A stretch of 64,000 nt of DNA from Paraspadella gotoi. Its lineage: Eukaryota; Animalia; Chaetognatha. How positions within the stretch are numbered: position 1 is the first letter of the stretch; each line of letters starts with the position of its first letter. Location: the NCBI GenBank assembly GCA_051294375.1, contig CM119266.1, positions 1,369,554-1,433,553 of the forward strand. Reading direction: 5' to 3'. This document shows positions 12,784 through 27,289 of this stretch, one piece after another. The translations under genes and the position numbers were made by a program. Below the pieces are notes generated by a model. It had not been told where the DNA came from and searched no databases. It saw nothing but the letters and a program-made list of their open reading frames with translations.

Positions 12784-13187
12784 NNNNNNNNNNNNNNNNN
12801 NNNNNNNNNNNNNNNNNNNNNNNNNNNNNNNNNNNNNNNGACGGTCTGTGGTTGAGAGGCGTTGAAATGTATCTAAAAGCTTTCTCCCCTTTTTTTGAAA
12901 TTTTTTTTCCTGTCAAAAAAAGAAAATAAAAGAGAAGAAGAAAAGAAAGAAGGGGAGAAAATAATCAGGAGAGAAAAGGAAGAAAGAAAAGAGAAAAAAA
13001 TGTTGGATAAGAAATGTATTTTGCTTAAAATTAAAAACTTAATCGTTAAAACTTTACATATTGAAAACATATTGATTACATATTGATATTGATATTGATT
13101 ACATATTACATATTGATTACGAAGAAGATAGACGGAAAAAAACTGGAGAGTATTTAAACAATATTATTTGTTTCAAAGTGGCAGGAG

Positions 13188-13500
13188 ATTTAATAGTTAT
13201 TAAATTTGACTTGGTTTTTACATGCCAATAATTTTTACATAATATTTTGTTTTTAATGTTTTTGAAGATTTTTATCATTTCAATCTTTTGATACTTTAAT
13301 CGTTAACGTTTTTAAACGTTTCTTTTGAATTCAAAAGAATTATGTTAATATCGTTTTTGTTATTAATATAAAAAAAATTACATGCCAATAATATAAAAAG
13401 AAAAATTAGTTTTGAAGATAACAAAAAAAATAAATAAAAAATGTGTTTTCTTTTTATATTATTACATGTAAAGACCAAATCAAATTTATTAACTATTAAA
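13188..13500. mobile_element. AT-rich element with ~36-bp inverted repeats (MITE remnant)
   Basis: TTTAATAGTTATTAAATTTGACTTGGTTTTTACATG (13188-13224) versus the reverse complement of 13465-13500, TTTAATAGTTAATAAATTTGATTTGGTCTTTACATG. Confidence 0.55.
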
Positions 13501-14059
13501 CAATATTATTCAGCGATTAGAATCTATTTAATAAAGAAAACAAAAAATAAAACAAAAAACCGTTTAAATCACATCATTTTTTTCCAAAAGCAACAACGCT
13601 GCTCTATTCAGCTCGGGAGCACGTCCGAGCCTTTCTTCCTTGTCACGCCTCAAAAATCGGCTGGCATCATCTCTTTTCTTAGAAATGCTTTTCTTTATGG
13701 GGGGCGCGGGGGGGAGAAGAATCTTTTTGATGTTGGTTTCGTCTCGGCGCCGCAACAAAAGAGACGACCCTCCGAAACGATGAGAGCTAATATGAAGCGG
13801 AAGAAGGAAGATATGGCGATCTTCGGCTGAGCTGAAATAGACTGTCCCGTCTTCAGTGAGATCGAAGAGACTAATCTTGAGGGTGACATTAAAACGACAG
13901 ACTGAGGGACGATTAAAGCGGACGGACAAACGGATTTTCCAAGATATATATGGATCCCTCGAACTTTGAAAGGACATAAAAATGAAAGGAAACAAAGTTA
14001 AGCGAAGACAAGGAACCATTTCCGGTTGGAGATAAACAGAGCAAGCGATAAAAAAATCT

Positions 14060-14130
<71 letters not shown>

Positions 14131-15653
14131 GTATCTTCTGGGGGAGGGGGAAAGAGAGAGAGAGAGCCTCCATCCTATTAAGGGCGGAGACTCAAAAAAG
14201 AGCAGCCACTAATTGGAAGAATTTTTGGCTTAAAAGAAAAAGGAGGAAAGAAGGAAAGAAAAGGGTGAAAGGGACACGGAGAAAATAAGGGGATGATGGA
14301 TGAAAAATAGAAAATAGAAAATAGAGAAAAAAAAGGGAGAAAATGGAGATAAAAAGAAAAGAAAGGAGGATTAAATTTAAAACACAAAGACCTCGAGGTA
14401 GAGATTCAAATAATAAATATACGTTTCTGTGATAAAAAAGAAAACGGAAAAGGTTAAAAATAAATTAAAACTACTTTTATAGAACGCCTGAAATGAGAAT
14501 ATTTATATTACCATCATTTATTCAAAGGTTTTTGAAAATGAAATATAAAATAATAAATAATTTAAGTTTCTTTTCCAGGCCCTATCGACTAAGATTTAAT
14601 ATACTAGATTTCAGTTTGTACGCGAGTTTAACGAAATGACTTTCTCTTTAGTATTCTCTTCTCTCGCTCGGCGGTTGTTGAAAAAAAAAGAAGAAAAGAT
14701 ATGAGCGAATTGATTTGAGGGATTAAGACTTAAGCGGAGGACGAGGATTAAGTTGAGGAGAGCAGAGGAGAAAGTAAAGATTCGGGTCAACAAAAAAGTT
14801 GATGATAAAAAGAAAGAAAAAAAAACAATCGGTGGTCAAGCAAGAAGTATTTATATCTAATGAGCTTCACAAATACGTAATGAATTAAAATTCGAGCGAA
14901 GAGAAATAATATACAATTGTAAAAGGTGTTTGTCTTTATGCATTGTCAGTATTTTCCAAACAATTTGTTTCAGTTGATAAAAATAAAATGTTTTCGGATA
15001 CAATTTTTAGAGAATATTTTGGTTACCCTGACATTTATCATATTTTCAAAATAAGTCATAATACATAATACATAATAATACATAATACATAATACATGAA
15101 ACGATTAACTTTGACGAAAAATAAAGTTTTGTCTTATTTTTAAGAAAATATTTGAAATGATCTCGTCGCTTAGTTTTCCTTCACGTTAACCTCTTAATTC
15201 TATTTTTATTTTTTTGGTTTATGTTGTCGCTGATGTATGCTACTGTATCATTCTTGATGTGAAAAAAAAAAAGAATATTTATTATTTACTGCTATAGTTA
15301 TTATTTGTTTGATAATATAATAACGCTCGCAGTCCAACGGTGAGATCTCATTTTTTACAACTTCCGTATTTATTACGTCGACGTCTCCTTTTTTATTACT
15401 CACGTCACTGAACGTTGAACCGAAGCCCGTGGTCAGAATTGTGGTCATCGCCCTCGTCTTTATTTTCGTTGTGGTCGTCGCTATCGTCGTCGTCGTTGTC
15501 GTCGCTATCGTCGTCGTCGTCGTCTTCTTTGTATTCTTTCTCGATGATTACGACTCAACGTATTCATGAATAACAATGCGGTTTTTATTGGCGTCACTCG
15601 CTGCTTAAGTTATTGTCTTTGATGTTGTTTTCGTCGTTCACGTCGTAGACAGT

Positions 15654-15691
<38 letters not shown>

Positions 15692-17767
15692 TATCGACGT
15701 TGAGTTCGACGATTACATTGTTATTATTTACGTCGTCACTTTTATCGGACGGAGGAGATGAATGTGGGAAAAGAAAAAGAGTAGAAGAGAGCGAAGATGT
15801 GAATAAAGAAAATTAGAAGATGTCTCGAAGACAGTGGAAACTCTCTTCATTAAAAACTCATTTTAAAACCTCTGGTGGGAAAAATATTAATTTATCTCAT
15901 TATAATTTAATTTTTAATGTAGAAATATGATTCTATATGATTCTAAAAATGCCTTCTAAATGCTTTATTAAAGGTCCATATGAGTAAGAAAATTAAACGT
16001 AAAATTTAAGTTTTAGTAAGAATAGATTTGTCAATAAAATGATTTAAAAATTTAAAAACGTTTAGATACTCATAATCATAAGATGAAAACTAAACTAAGG
16101 TGCAGAAATGATAAAACGTTAAAAAAAAAAAAAACAAAAAAAAAAACAACAACAACATAAAAAAAATCAAGTCGATCGCAAAAAAAAAATTATGGAGTGA
16201 AAACTGAAAAGACTTCGACTCAATGACGCCACCATAAAAATACGTCTTACAAAGTAGCGATCTTCACTGAAAAGACATAAAACCAAAGATAAAGAGATAA
16301 AGAGAGAGAGAAAGAGAAGAGAGAGAGAGAGAGATGAGAGAGCAGAGAGAGATGAGAGAGAGAGAGAGCAGAGAGGCGTGAATGAGGAAAGCTTTAAAAA
16401 AAAGGGGCTAAAGCGAAAAAAAAGAGCTGAAATGTGGAAAAATTAAATGAAAATGGAGTGAAAACGAGAAGAAATGAAAGGGAGAGAAAAAAGAAGAGAA
16501 TAAAAGAGAAAAAACGAAGGCAAGATAAAAATAAAAAAAGAGCAATAAATGAGAAATCTCCTTTGAGGAAAAAAAAAATAAATTTGCGAGAAAATTATGG
16601 AAAGATATGATGATAGAGATACGAGGGCGATTACAAGAATAACGACGAAAGTTTAACCTTTTCTTGGATGCGGAGTCTCGGATTCGATTCTGAGCTGTGA
16701 ATCTTTGTTTTTACTTCGGTGCTTGACGTAGACATTGTAAATAAGGTACTGTGGAAACCCTCGTCACGGAACAAGTTTATATTCAAATTAATGATTCTGT
16801 TTTTTATTCTTGAAAAAAAAAACAACTTAATTTCAGTTAAAACAAAAATGAAACTAACTACGACAACAACAACAACAACCAAAATTCTTCTTTTCCATCT
16901 TCCCCCTCCTCTTCCTCTTACTCCTCCTTCTCTTCCTCTTCCTTTTATAATGGTTTCGCCATAAAAAGTATAAAAGTATAAAAGTATCGCATAAAGAGAT
17001 GAAAACTTCGAGGCATCGCGATTATTTTAAATCGGGCTTTCGGTTTGGGGGAAAAGTAAAGTCTTTCAGATGTGAAAAAGGACAGAAAAGGAAGAAAGAA
17101 GGATAAGGAAAGACAATGGCAAAGTAAAAGGACAGAAATTGAAAAAGGAAGGATAAGGAAAGACAAGGGCAAAGATAAAGGAAAGATAAGGAAAAAGGAA
17201 GGATTAAGGAAAAGACTCGAAGGCAAAGAAAAAAGCGAACAAAAAAGGAAAAAGGATATTACATTTCTAGTGCGAATGACAGGAAAATGAAGTAAGAAAA
17301 ACACGTTTTTACTTCATGAAATTGATTCAATGTAAAATTAAGTATTCATTAAATAAATAAGCTTTCTTTCCCTGGCTTTTACCAGGTGGTCTTATTTTTA
17401 GATTATATTTTTTTATGTGTTCTCCAAATCTCTAAAAGTTGATAAACCATTTTATTAAAAAAAAAATTGTACAAAAAACCTAAGCTTCTTATCTCTTGTT
17501 CTTCGGCCTCTTGCCAACTCTTTTTGCCAATTCCTGAGTTTCTTTTAAATATTTTGAGTTTATACTAATAAAATCTTAAGCCTAATTAACACGAAATCAT
17601 TCCAAACGATCTCACGTTTTGTATTTTGTTTGTTTGTTTGTATTTTTTTCGATGGAACGAACAAAAAAAACCTCTTTACTTCGTCAGAAAACGAATGTCG
17701 CCAGCGACGAATCGCGTGTTTTTCTCTTCATCAATTCATCTTGGATTTTTTTTAGGATTTGTTTCTT

Positions 17768-18068
17768 TGGCTCTATTTTCCGAAAGCGCCCTGTTTCTGT
17801 ACCTAATTCCTGAACTTAATTTTAATAAAAATATTTAGTCTCAATCATTTAACAAATATTAAATCTAAACCCTCACCATAGTTATTAATCAAAATACTAA
17901 ACCCTAACCTAATATGTAAACATATATCTTATTTTTTAAGCATAATCCTTCACTTTAATCCCTATCCAAATGCCTTATTTATAAATCCTAACATAGTCTT
18001 TAATCATTAAAAAAATATTTAAGGCTGAATTTACACCAAAATAGGGAACTTTTAGAAAATATGGACGT
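17768..18068 (-). mobile_element. TIR element (MITE) with CCCTAA-like interior
   Basis: Left end GGCTCTATTTTCCGAAAGCGCCC, interior ACCCTAACCTAA-like, degenerate right end GGGAACTTTTAGAAAATATGGAC. Confidence 0.55.
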
Positions 18069-19812
18069 TTTTTTCTTTTCAACACGAGTTTTTTTGTTTT
18101 GTTTTTTTATTTTTGTTTGTTTGTTTTGTCTGTAGCCAAAGCATAAGTTTCTTCAGTCTTTTTTTCTTTCATCCGCGATGTTGTTTTCCACTTTTTCGCC
18201 ATTTTGTTTCGCCATTTTGTTTTCTCTGTTCTCCAGCCTCTCCCCCTTTTTTGTTCTTAATTCCCAGTTCAGAGAGACGAAACACTGTTTTTTCGTTTTG
18301 CTTTGATTTACGTGACGTTTCAATTATTTCCGGCATTCGCTTTTAAATGTCGCGAGGGTTGGACAAATGGAATGAACTGTGGGGCTTGAGTTGTCGTCCT
18401 TGTTGCTGTTATAGTTTTTGTTGTTGTCTTCGTTGTTGATGTTTTTCTGTGTTTAATTGCTGAGGTTGTTGTTACGAGAGCTTAGAACCTTTTTCCCAGG
18501 TGTAAAAAAATGCAAGCCAGGCGTATATTTTATAAAACCACCTTTTCCTCATTTTTCAAATGTAACTTTCTCTCATTTTTTTTAGCTGCCGCCATTTTTT
18601 AATAATTTAAATAATATCCACCTCGATCATTTTCACTTTTTTAAAACTAATTTTTATCCTCCACAATATTTTCGTTTATTTTACAACTTTTCCAGTCATA
18701 ATCGTCTTTTTCCTGACTCTTTGGATTAAAGTTTAGTTAAAAATAATGTTTAATCTATCTTTTAAAAAAACGTTCCTTCAGTCTCCTTTGTATTTTATTT
18801 CCATTTTCTTTTCGTTCCATTTCGTTTTATTTCATTTTCCACGCGACATCAAAAAATCGTCGCGATTTCATTCGAGCGGAAATCTCGTTTTTCTTTCCTT
18901 TGTCAACGTCGTCGCCAGCGTCGTCGTCGTCAGCGTCGTCGTCGTCCTAGTCGTCGTTCTCGTCGTCGTCGTCGTCCACGTCTTATGGTCGACATGATGT
19001 CCAGACGTCGTCTTCATGGCTTCAGTCTATCGTCGTTCATTTTTCCCGTTTAATAACTCTATCTCTCGTCATAGTAATTGGCACTTTGACGTTAAACGTA
19101 ACAACGAAGACGTGTGACAAAATGTCCCCGGAAGCAAGAAGAAAACGCGTCCTACGCTCTTCGGAAACCCACGACTATTTTGCAGCATAGGAACTCGTTC
19201 AAGCCCAGCAGGCCAGAATGGCGAGCTCAAAAGGACCATCGTAACTCCGATTGGTCTTTTGTTTGATAAGAAAAACAAACGCTAGTTGAGCGACTTTCCG
19301 CGGCGGACTAAGCGAACTAAAAAAAGGAAAAGAAAAAAAACGAAGGAAAAAGCTTTTTGAGGAGACGAGAAGAGAGAGACGGAGAGAGAAGAAATGAGGA
19401 GGAGAGAGACGAGAGAGAGAAGAGAGAGAGAGAAGAGAAGTCACCATATCCGATGGAAAATGAGAAATTATCGCCGTTCTGGATGTCTGCTACAAGCCTG
19501 CGGTTGTTTGCTGGCGTCACTTGGAAAAGAAGAAGAAGAAGAAGAAGAAATTACGACTTTAATCTGTGTTTAATGGATTCGAGAGAGCAGAGAGAGAGAC
19601 GAAGTCGAGAGAGAGAGAGAGAGAGATGAGAGAGGAGAGAGATGTAGAAGAGAGAGAGAGAGAGAGAGAGAGGAGCAGAGAGAGCAGAGAGAGAGAAAGA
19701 CTGCTTCAGTGAGCCAAAGCCAGGCGAGGCCTCTTCGGAAATGGACATAATGTTCCATTACCCATAAACATTCTCCCTGTTTGTCATTTTCTAATTTTTC
19801 TCCCTTCCTCAT

Positions 19813-19862
<50 letters not shown>

Positions 19863-19950
19863 CTCATCTCTCTCTCCTCTTTCTCTCCCCATGACATCAA
19901 AATGACGTTATGTTCTCCTCATCTTCCTTGAATTTCAGATCTTCGCCGCT

Positions 19951-20190
19951 CGCTGAAGGCTTAGGCTTAGGCTGAAGGCTTAGGCTGAAGGCTTAGACTT
20001 AGGCTTAGGCTTAGGCTGAAGGCTTAGGCTGAAGGCTTAGGCTAAAGGCTTAGACTGAAGGCTTAGGCTGAAGGCTTAGGCTGAAGGCTTAGGCTGAAGG
20101 CTTAGGCTTAGGCTGAAGGCGGCGGCTTAGGCTGAAGGCTTAGGCTAAAGGCTTAGGCTGAAGGCTTAGGCTTAGGCTGAAGGCGGCGGC
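19951..20190 (+). repeat. TTAGGC-based minisatellite (GGCTTAGGCTGAA)n
   Basis: A 13-bp unit interspersed with pure (GGCTTA)n runs. Confidence 0.9.
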
Positions 20191-20414
20191 GAAGGAACGC
20201 AGTCGCCGTTGTCGGTTTTGTTGTCGTTGTTGTCCTTTTTGTTGTCGTTGTTGTCGTTTTTGTTGTCGTTGTTGTAGTTTTTCTTCGGGATGGATTTTGA
20301 CGACTACGACGTCTTTAACTTCCTTTGTCGTCGTTGTCATTCCTAATTCCTAATGTCATCTTTTCCTCCGGTTTTCTCGTTTCTTTGAATATTCTTTGAC
20401 CAAAATCCTCAAAG

Positions 20415-20553
20415 GTATCAGGTTAGGGTTAAATAATAAGGTTAGAAAGGGATAGGGAGGGTTAGTCATTAGCTTTAGTGTTTGGTAAGAGGTTAGGATT
20501 AAATAAGTTCAGGGATTAGGAACAGAAATGGGGCGCTCTCGAAAAATGGTGCG
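20415..20553 (+). mobile_element. Partial copy of the telomere-like TIR element
   Basis: GGTTAGGGTT-like tract ending in TTCAGGGATTAGGAACAGAAATGGGGCGCTCTCGAAAAATGGTGC, which matches the reverse complement of 17768-17820. Confidence 0.55.
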
Positions 20554-21009
20554 TTGTCTTCTTTTTCGTTGACGAACTCACCCGTCGGGTAAGTCACCCG
20601 CCGACCGACGACCGTCAACTCCGCTTGCAACGAACCTCCTCTCGACGGAAGCGAAGAACGAACCAAGCTCCGAGTCGCAAGCGGCGAACAGCAAGCACTA
20701 AGCAGTGAACAGCAAGCTTTAAATTTTTAGCAAAAAAAATCTTCTCGGTTCAGACAAGCGGTGAAATCCGACTCCAATCCCGCGGGACAAACTTGGCTTA
20801 GCAGCTGAACAAAGTCGTTGTTGTCGTTGTCATCGTCGTTGTCATCATCTTCTCATCTCATCTCATGTCAAATCGTATCATAATATATAATATCATATCA
20901 TATCAACTGATGTCACCCCTCTTATATCAATTCTCACATCATTCTCACATCTCGAGGGAAAAATCAGGACGCCAGTCAAAATTGAGTCCGCGAGAAAATA
21001 AAATGTTTT

Positions 21010-21016
21010 CATTATT

Positions 21017-21067
<51 letters not shown>

Positions 21068-21512
21068 GTCGTCGTCGTCATCATCGTCTTCATCATCAAC
21101 ATAATCATCGTCATTATCATCATAATTATCATCATCATCTTCACCACCATCACCATGGTCATGATCATCGTCGTCGTCATCATCATCGTCTTTATCATCA
21201 TCAACCATCATCATCATCTCATCATATCAACATCATCATCATTCATCATCAATCATCAATCATCATCATCATCTCATCATTTTCATCACCATCATCATGA
21301 TCAACAACTCACATCACAACGTCTTAGTGTCGGTCGTCGTCGTGCGTCATCATCGTCATCATCATCACATCATCATCAATCATCATCATCATCATCATCA
21401 TCATCAATCACATCATCATCATCATGATCATCATCATCATCCATCATCATCAACGTCTTAGTCCGTCGTCGTCGTCGTCGGTCGTCATCATCATCAGTCA
21501 TCATCATCCATC

Positions 21513-21557
<45 letters not shown>

Positions 21558-21860
21558 GCCATCATTTTCATCACCATCATCATGATCATCCATCATCATC
21601 ATCATCATCAACGTCTTATCGTCGTCGTCGTCGTCGTCACATCATCATCATCATCAGTCATCAATCATCAATCATCACATCAATCATCATCAATGTCTCA
21701 TCATCATCGTCATCATCATCATCATCATCATCATCAATCATCATCTCATCATATCATCTTCTCCTCCCGGTCACCGACGTTTCCTCGTTTAACGAATATT
21801 AGGGAAACCGAAAGTCGTTTCGCGTCGTCGTCGTCGTCGTCGTCATCAATCATCGTCATC

Positions 21861-21900
<40 letters not shown>

Positions 21901-21996
21901 TTCTCCTCCCGGTCACCGACTTTCCTCGTTTAACGAATATTAGGGAAACCGAAAAGTCGTTTCGCGTCGTCGTCGTCGTCGTCGTCATCATCATCG

Positions 21997-22043
<47 letters not shown>

Positions 22044-22386
22044 TTCTCCCCTCCCGGTCACCGACGTTTCTCTCGTTTAACGAATATTAGGGAAACCGAA
22101 AGTCGTTCGCGTCGTCGTCCCGTCAGTCTGTCATCATCATCGTCATCATCATCATCATACATCATCAATCATCAATCGTCATCATCATCATCAATCATCA
22201 TCATCATCATCATGCATCGTCATCATCATCGTCTCAATCATCGTCATCATCATCATCATCATCGTCATCATCATCATCATCCATCATCAATCATCATCAT
22301 CATCATCATTACATCTTCTCTCCCCTCCCGGTCACCGACGTTTCCTCGTTTAACGCGAATATTAGGGAAACCGAAAAGTCGTTCCA

Positions 22387-22417
<31 letters not shown>

Positions 22418-22424
22418 TCTCATC

Positions 22425-22466
<42 letters not shown>

Positions 22467-22738
22467 ATCTCTCCCTCACCGGTCACCGACGTTCCTCGTT
22501 TAACGAATATTAGGGAAACCGAAAGTCGTTCACGGTCGTCGTCGTCGTCGTCACAGTTCATCATCGTCTCATCATCATCATCATCATCTAATCATCATCA
22601 TCATCATCAATCACTCATCGTCGTCATCATCATGCATCATCATCATCATCGATCATCATCATCATCAATCATCTTCTCCCTCCCCCGGTCACCGACGTTT
22701 CCTCGTTTAACGAATATTAGGGAAAACCGAAAGTCGTT

Positions 22739-22771
<33 letters not shown>

Positions 22772-22783
22772 TCATCATCATCA

Positions 22784-22816
<33 letters not shown>

Positions 22817-23144
22817 TATCATCATCTCCTCCCCTCCGGTCACCGACGTTTCCTCGTTTAACGAATATTAAGGAAACGAAAGTCGTTCGCCAGTCGTCGT
22901 CCGTCGTCTGTCTCTCTACGTCATCATCAATGCAGTCATCATCAATCATCATCTTATCATCATCATCATCATCGAATCGTCGAGTCCATCATCATCATCA
23001 TCATATCATCATCATACATCCATCATCATCCCTTCTCCCCTCCGGTCACCGACGTTTCCTCGTTTAACGAATATTAGGGAAACCGAAAGTCGTTCGCGTC
23101 GTCGTCGTCGTCGTGTCGTCGTCGTCGTCGTCATCATCATCGAT

Positions 23145-23180
<36 letters not shown>

Positions 23181-23563
23181 GATCTCGATCATCAATCATC
23201 TCTCATCCTCTCCCGGTCCCGACCGACGTTTCCTCGTTTAACGAATATTAGGGAAACCGAAAGTCGTTCCCGCGTCGTCGTCGTCGTCGTCGTCGTCGTC
23301 ATCATGCATCATCATCATCGCACATCATCATCATCATCATCATCATATCATCATCTTCTCCCCTCCCGGTCACCGCGTTTCCTCGTTTAACGAATATTAG
23401 GAAACCGAAAGTCGTTCGCGTGTCGTCGTCGTCGGTCGTGCCGTCATCATCCATCATCATCATCATCATCATCATACATCATCATCATAATCATCATCTC
23501 ATCTTCTCCTCCCGGTCACCGACGTTTCCTCGTTTAACGATATTAGGGAAACCGAAAGTCGTT

Positions 23564-23596
<33 letters not shown>

Positions 23597-23790
23597 TCAT
23601 CATCATCTACATCATCATCATCATCATCTCATCATTCAGTCCATCAATCATTCATCATCTCATCGTCGTCATCATCCGTCATCAATTATCATCATCATTC
23701 ATCATCATCATCATCATCATCACATGCTCTCCCCTCCCGGTCACCGACGTTTCCTCGTTTAAACGAATATTAGGGAAACCGAAAGTCGTT

Positions 23791-23879
<89 letters not shown>

Positions 23880-23982
23880 TTCTCCCCTCCCGGTCACCGA
23901 CGTTTCCTCGTTAACGAATATTAGGGAAACCGAAAGTCGTTATCGCGTCGTCGTCGTCGTCGTCGTCGTCGTCTCATCATGC

Positions 23983-24023
<41 letters not shown>

Positions 24024-24329
24024 TTCTCCCCTCACGGTCACCGCACGTTCCTCGTTTAAGACGATATTAGGGAAACCGAAAGTCGTTCGCGTCGTCGTCG
24101 TCGCTCGTCGTCGTCGTCGTCTGATCGTCATCATCACTCATCTTCACTCTATTTCAGTACACTCTATTTAAGTTTGAGGGATGTGTCAGTCAGTCGTCTA
24201 CTCAGTTCATTCATCATCACGACCTGATCCTCATCATCATCATCATCATATCATCATCATCATCTCTCAATCCCTCCCCCCGCTCACCGACGTTTCCTCG
24301 TTTAACGAATATAGGGAACGCAAGTCGTT

Positions 24330-24366
<37 letters not shown>

Positions 24367-24370
24367 TCAT

Positions 24371-24415
<45 letters not shown>

Positions 24416-24928
24416 TCTTCCCCCTCCCGTCACCGACGTTTCCTCGTTTAACGAATATTAGGGAAACCGAAAGTCGTTCGCGTCGTCTCGTCGTCGTCGT
24501 CGTCGTCGTCTCGTCATCATCATCATATCATCATCATCAATCAAATCATCATCTTCTCCCTCCCGGTCACGCGACGTTTCCTCTTAACGAATATTAGGGA
24601 AACCAAAAGTCGTTCGACGTGTCGTCGTCGTCGGTCGTCGTCGTCGTCGTCTCATCATCATCATCATCATCATCATCATCACATCTCATCATCCTCATCA
24701 TCTCGTCAATCATCATCATACCATCGATCATCATCATCTCTCTCGTCGGTCTCATCGTCATCATCATCATCATCATATCATATCCATCATCAATCATCAT
24801 CATCATCATTCTCCCCTCACCGGTCACCGACGTTTCCTCGTTTAACGAATATTAGGGAAACCGAAAGTCGTTCGCGTGGTCGTCGTCGTCGTCGTCGTCG
24901 TCATCATCATCATCATCATATCATCATC

Positions 24929-24962
<34 letters not shown>

Positions 24963-25062
24963 TTCTCCCCTCCCGGTCACCGACGTTCCTCTCGTTTAAC
25001 GAATATTAGGGAAACCGAAAGTCGTTCGTCGTCGTCGTCGTCGTCGTCGTCGATCATCATCG

Positions 25063-25103
<41 letters not shown>

Positions 25104-25188
25104 TTCTCCCTCCCGGTCACCGACGTTTCCTCGTTTAACGAATATTAGGAAACGAAAGTCGTTCGCGTCGTCGTCGTCGTCGTCGTCG

Positions 25189-25220
<32 letters not shown>

Positions 25221-25310
25221 TCATCATCATCATCATCATCATCATCATTCTCCCCTCCGGTCACCGGACGTTTCCTCGTTTAACGAATATTAGGGAAACC
25301 GAAAGTCGTT

Positions 25311-25379
<69 letters not shown>

Positions 25380-26061
25380 TCATCATCATCATCATCAATC
25401 TTCATCTCCCCTCCCGGTCACGACGTTTCCTCGTTTAACGAATATTAGGGAAACCGAAAGTCCGTTCGCGTCGTCGTCGTCGTCGTCGTCGTCTCTCATC
25501 GTCATCATCATCAATCATCTCATCATCATCATCATCTCATCATCTCATCCATCTCATCATGACTCAATCATCATCAGTCATCGACTCATCAGTCTCCATC
25601 ATCATCATCCATCGTCATCATCATATCATACATCATATCCATCATCATCATCATCATCATGCATCATCATCTCTCTCCCTCCCGGTCACGACTTTCCTCG
25701 TTTAACGAATATTAGGGAAACCGAAAGTCGTTCGCGTCGCTCGTCGTCGTCGTCGTCGTCGTCATCAATCATCGATCATCATCATCAATCATCATCAATC
25801 ATCAATCATCATCATCTTCATCCCCCTCCCGGTCACGACAGTTTCCTCGTTTAACGAATATTAGGGAAACCGAAAGTCGTTCGGTCTGTCGTCGTGCGTC
25901 GTCGTCGTGCGTCATCATCATCTCATCATCAATCAAATCATCATCTCATACCATCATCATTCGTACATCATCATCATCAATCATCCATCATCGATTCAAT
26001 GCATCATCATCAAATCCAATCACATCATCATCATTCAATCATTCATCAATCAAATCTCCCT
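21010..26061 (+). repeat. Satellite array, block 1: ~65-bp conserved core plus (GTC)n(ATC)n spacer, about 24 units
   Basis: Core CTTCTCCCCTCCCGGTCACCGACGTTTCCTCGTTTAACGAATATTAGGGAAACCGAAAGTCGTTCGC recurs from ~21760 to ~25880, typically every 140-200 bp. It is preceded by an (ATC)n lead-in. Confidence 0.95.
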
Positions 26062-26357
26062 NNNNNNNNNNNNNNNNNNNNNNNNNCACTCGAATTAACG
26101 ATCTTGTTGACGATTCGGCCATTCTTTGTCTTTGTACCTTTTTCCTCGCGTTTTTGAGCCACTGCTTGTCCACACTAACGATCATTCAATGTTGAAGGTT
26201 TGGAGACCGAGGTCTTGTAGAAAGCCTGTTCTCCTCACCATATTTAATCCGAATTTTTCATGCTCGTTTAATAGCATTTTCACCTACTTTAATAATCAAA
26301 CACCTCATGATATCTTTGACTAGGATTTTTGAATCAATTTTTTGAACCATTTTTTGA

Positions 26358-26550
26358 CTAAAACAGCTTCTTTATTAATATCGGGCGTAAATTTAAGAAA
26401 CCGTGAAACCAATTTATCAACCTTTTGATGAATTTACGGACAGCAATGGAAGGTAGGTTGGCCGTGTTTTCCCAGAGGCTTTTCCACTTTTGGCGATCGT
26501 AAGACTTGCGCCATTCTTGCTGTGCAGTTCCAAACCCTCCTTGACAATTG
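26358..26550 (-). mobile_element. Possible 3' end remnant of a non-LTR retrotransposon (RTE-like)
   Basis: The minus strand translates to QQEWRKSYDRQKWKSL, resembling the W...DR..W C-terminal motif of RTE-clade ORFs. It is followed by two motifs shared with the SINE tail. Confidence 0.35.
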
Positions 26551-27289
26551 AGACGGATTACCGCCCTAAAATCTATAAAATATAAGTTCTTGATAACTAT
26601 TATATATTTCTAATAAAAGAGTTGTAAAATTTAACTACTGAGAGTTAGGGAAACAAATTACGCTGTGGTGGGGTTGGGAAAAAAGTCTTTCTCTCTCCGT
26701 AATTGTGACTTTCTCCCAGGACATGGATGGCACTGCTCTTTGTCTTCGTACCGTGGCTTCGCCATGACGATCCTTGGCCAACGAACCCGCCCACGTATGC
26801 CTACGCTTACGACTACTTTTTTAAAACGTACCTTGAAATAAGATAGAAAAGACTGCGACACGGCGCAAAACATAAATATACGGAAAAAATAGATTTTCAA
26901 ATTTCATTATTACAAAAAGTAGATTTACACTGTAAAACGAATATGTATTCAGAAAGTCTTATTATTATTTAATGTAAATATATAAGAAATCTGTCCAAAA
27001 AATAAGTAATTTTTTTCCCCGAAGACGAAAAATATTTTTCGAAGCAAAATATTATTTTCACGTATTTTTGAAGATTTGCAATAATCCCGCTTTAAATTTT
27101 TGGCGCATATTCAACAGAATGAACAGGATCGGCGATCTCGCGGAGGAGGCAAATTTCATGTTCAGTCGAACTGAACACAGATCGAAAAACTCGCTAATCA
27201 CGACGTATAATTTAATTTGTGTTATTATGCAATCTAAATGAAAATAAAACATCAAAACAAGATTTTAATATACCCGGGGCCATTTAATC

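Noticed and set aside
13441-14019. Overlapping 129-151 aa ORFs in moderately complex sequence
   Set aside because: No recognisable domain, no ENPP similarity and no convincing splice-site pair.
19069-19278. FWPAG-containing ORF as ENPP exon 3
   Set aside because: The flanking residues do not fit the G.....WPGC.V.I.G..P pattern, and there is no suitably placed phase-0 acceptor.
21582-22871. 429-aa His/Ser/Ile-rich ORF and similar ORFs across the array
   Set aside because: These are products of stop-free trinucleotide repeats. The frame drifts between units at indels, and there is no domain or splice evidence.
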